A DNA stretch of 64,000 nt from Zancudomyces culisetae HAW-14-8. Its lineage: Eukaryota; Fungi; Kickxellomycota. Numbering within the stretch: the first letter of the stretch is position 1; the number at the start of each line of letters is the position of its first letter. This document shows, in pieces, positions 62,596 to 64,000 of the stretch. The notes under the pieces are model-generated. The model saw only the letters and a list, made by a program, of their open reading frames with translations, was not told the origin of the DNA and did not search any database. The stretch spans positions 2,858,670 through 2,922,669 of the forward strand of contig JBNJNM010000006.1 in the NCBI GenBank assembly GCA_052426225.1, given 5' to 3'. A program made the position numbers and the translations under genes.

Positions 62596-64000
62596 TTAGG
62601 GTTAGGGTTAGGGTTAGGGTTAGGGTTAGGGTTAGGGTTAGGGTTAGGGTTAGGGTTAGGGTTAGGGTTAGGGTTAGGGTTAGGGTTAGGGTTAGGGTTA
62701 GGGTTAGGGTTAGGGTTAGGGTTAGGGTTAGGGTTAGGGTTAGGGTTAGGGTTAGGGTTAGGGTTAGGGTTAGGGTTAGGGTTAGGGTTAGGGTTAGGGT
62801 TAGGGTTAGGGTTAGGGTTAGGGTTAGGGTTAGGGTTAGGGTTAGGGTTAGGGTTAGGGTTAGGGTTAGGGTTAGGGTTAGGGTTAGGGTTAGGGTTAGG
62901 GTTAGGGTTAGGGTTAGGGTTAGGGTTAGGGTTAGGGTTAGGGTTAGGGTTAGGGTTAGGGTTAGGGTTAGGGTTAGGGTTAGGGTTAGGGTTAGGGTTA
63001 GGGTTAGGGTTAGGGTTAGGGTTAGGGTTAGGGTTAGGGTTAGGGTTAGGGTTAGGGTTAGGGTTAGGGTTAGGGTTAGGGTTAGGGTTAGGGTTAGGGT
63101 TAGGGTTAGGGTTAGGGTTAGGGTTAGGGTTAGGGTTAGGGTTAGGGTTAGGGTTAGGGTTAGGGTTAGGGTTAGGGTTAGGGTTAGGGTTAGGGTTAGG
63201 GTTAGGGTTAGGGTTAGGGTTAGGGTTAGGGTTAGGGTTAGGGTTAGGGTTAGGGTTAGGGTTAGGGTTAGGGTTAGGGTTAGGGTTAGGGTTAGGGTTA
63301 GGGTTAGGGTTAGGGTTAGGGTTAGGGTTAGGGTTAGGGTTAGGGTTAGGGTTAGGGTTAGGGTTAGGGTTAGGGTTAGGGTTAGGGTTAGGGTTAGGGT
63401 TAGGGTTAGGGTTAGGGTTAGGGTTAGGGTTAGGGTTAGGGTTAGGGTTAGGGTTAGGGTTAGGGTTAGGGTTAGGGTTAGGGTTAGGGTTAGGGTTAGG
63501 GTTAGGGTTAGGGTTAGGGTTAGGGTTAGGGTTAGGGGTTAGGGTTAGGGTTAGGGTTAGGGTTAGGGTTAGGGAGGGTGGGGTTGGGTTGGGTTAGGGG
63601 TAGGGTTAGGGTAGTGGGTTAGGGTTAGGGGTTAGGGTTAGGGGTAGGGTAGGGTGAGGGTTAGGGTTAGGGTTAGGGGTGAGGGTGAGGGTTGGGTTAG
63701 GGTTAGGGGTAGGGTTAGGGGGTGGGTTTGGGGTAGGGTTAGGGGTTGGGGTAGGGGTTAGGGTAGGGGTGGGTTGGGGTGGGGGTGGGTAGGGGTTAGG
63801 GGGTGGGGTGGGGGTGGGGTGGGTTGGGTTGGGTGTGAGGGGTAGGGTTAGGGTTGGGTAGGGTTAGGGTAGGGGGTGGGTTGGGTGTGGGGTAGGGGTA
63901 GGGGTTGGGGTTGGGGTGGGGTGGGTTCGGGGTAGGGGTAGGGGTTGGGTCAGGAGGGTGAGGGGAGGGGTAGGGTAGGGTGTGGGTGAGAGGGTGGGGG
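62596..64000 (+). repeat. Telomere (TTAGGG)n, G-rich strand toward the window end; degenerate after ~63570
   Basis: About 1 kb of near-perfect TTAGGG followed by an irregular G/T tail. Confidence 0.98.

Noticed and set aside
63570-64000. Novel degenerate distal telomere sequence
   Set aside because: Progressive loss of pattern at the contig end fits low-coverage base-calling error.
1-64000. RIP-like hypermutation
   Set aside because: Old copies are AT-rich and a few TG>TA ends exist, but near-identical A1/A2 remain largely intact. It cannot be supported without dinucleotide mutation counts.

Overview
AT-rich eukaryotic chromosome end, most likely fungal (inferred from chromovirus/Tf1-type Gypsy content plus TTAGGG). 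It holds about 62 kb of nested transposons with no recognisable host gene, ending in a telomere from about 62448 (a proximal ATAGGG variant block, then TTAGGG, then a noisy G-rich tail). Family letters below are my own labels. There are four young chromodomain Ty3/Gypsy insertions: A1 6523-12121 (+), A2 47681-53287 (-, apparently intact), B 6405-16544 (+) and D 32059-37723 (+). There is also a decayed tandem pair E1/E2 sharing one LTR, several older Gypsy relics, many solo LTRs nested up to four deep, and two full-length DD34E Tc1 transposons. The strongest candidate for something new is a non-coding cassette in the 3' UTR of family A. It reads antisense as TATA, tRNA-type A and B boxes, a ~260-nt structured RNA with a closing helix and two UUCG hairpins, and T-run terminators, like a retrotransposon-encoded Pol III small RNA. 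The related element D has a ~220-nt rod-like fold at the same position. Other highlights are a solo-LTR family carrying a protein-conserved ORF, a shared -1 frameshift layout in three families, and Tf1-type self-priming sites in three families. All alignments and folds were done by eye.
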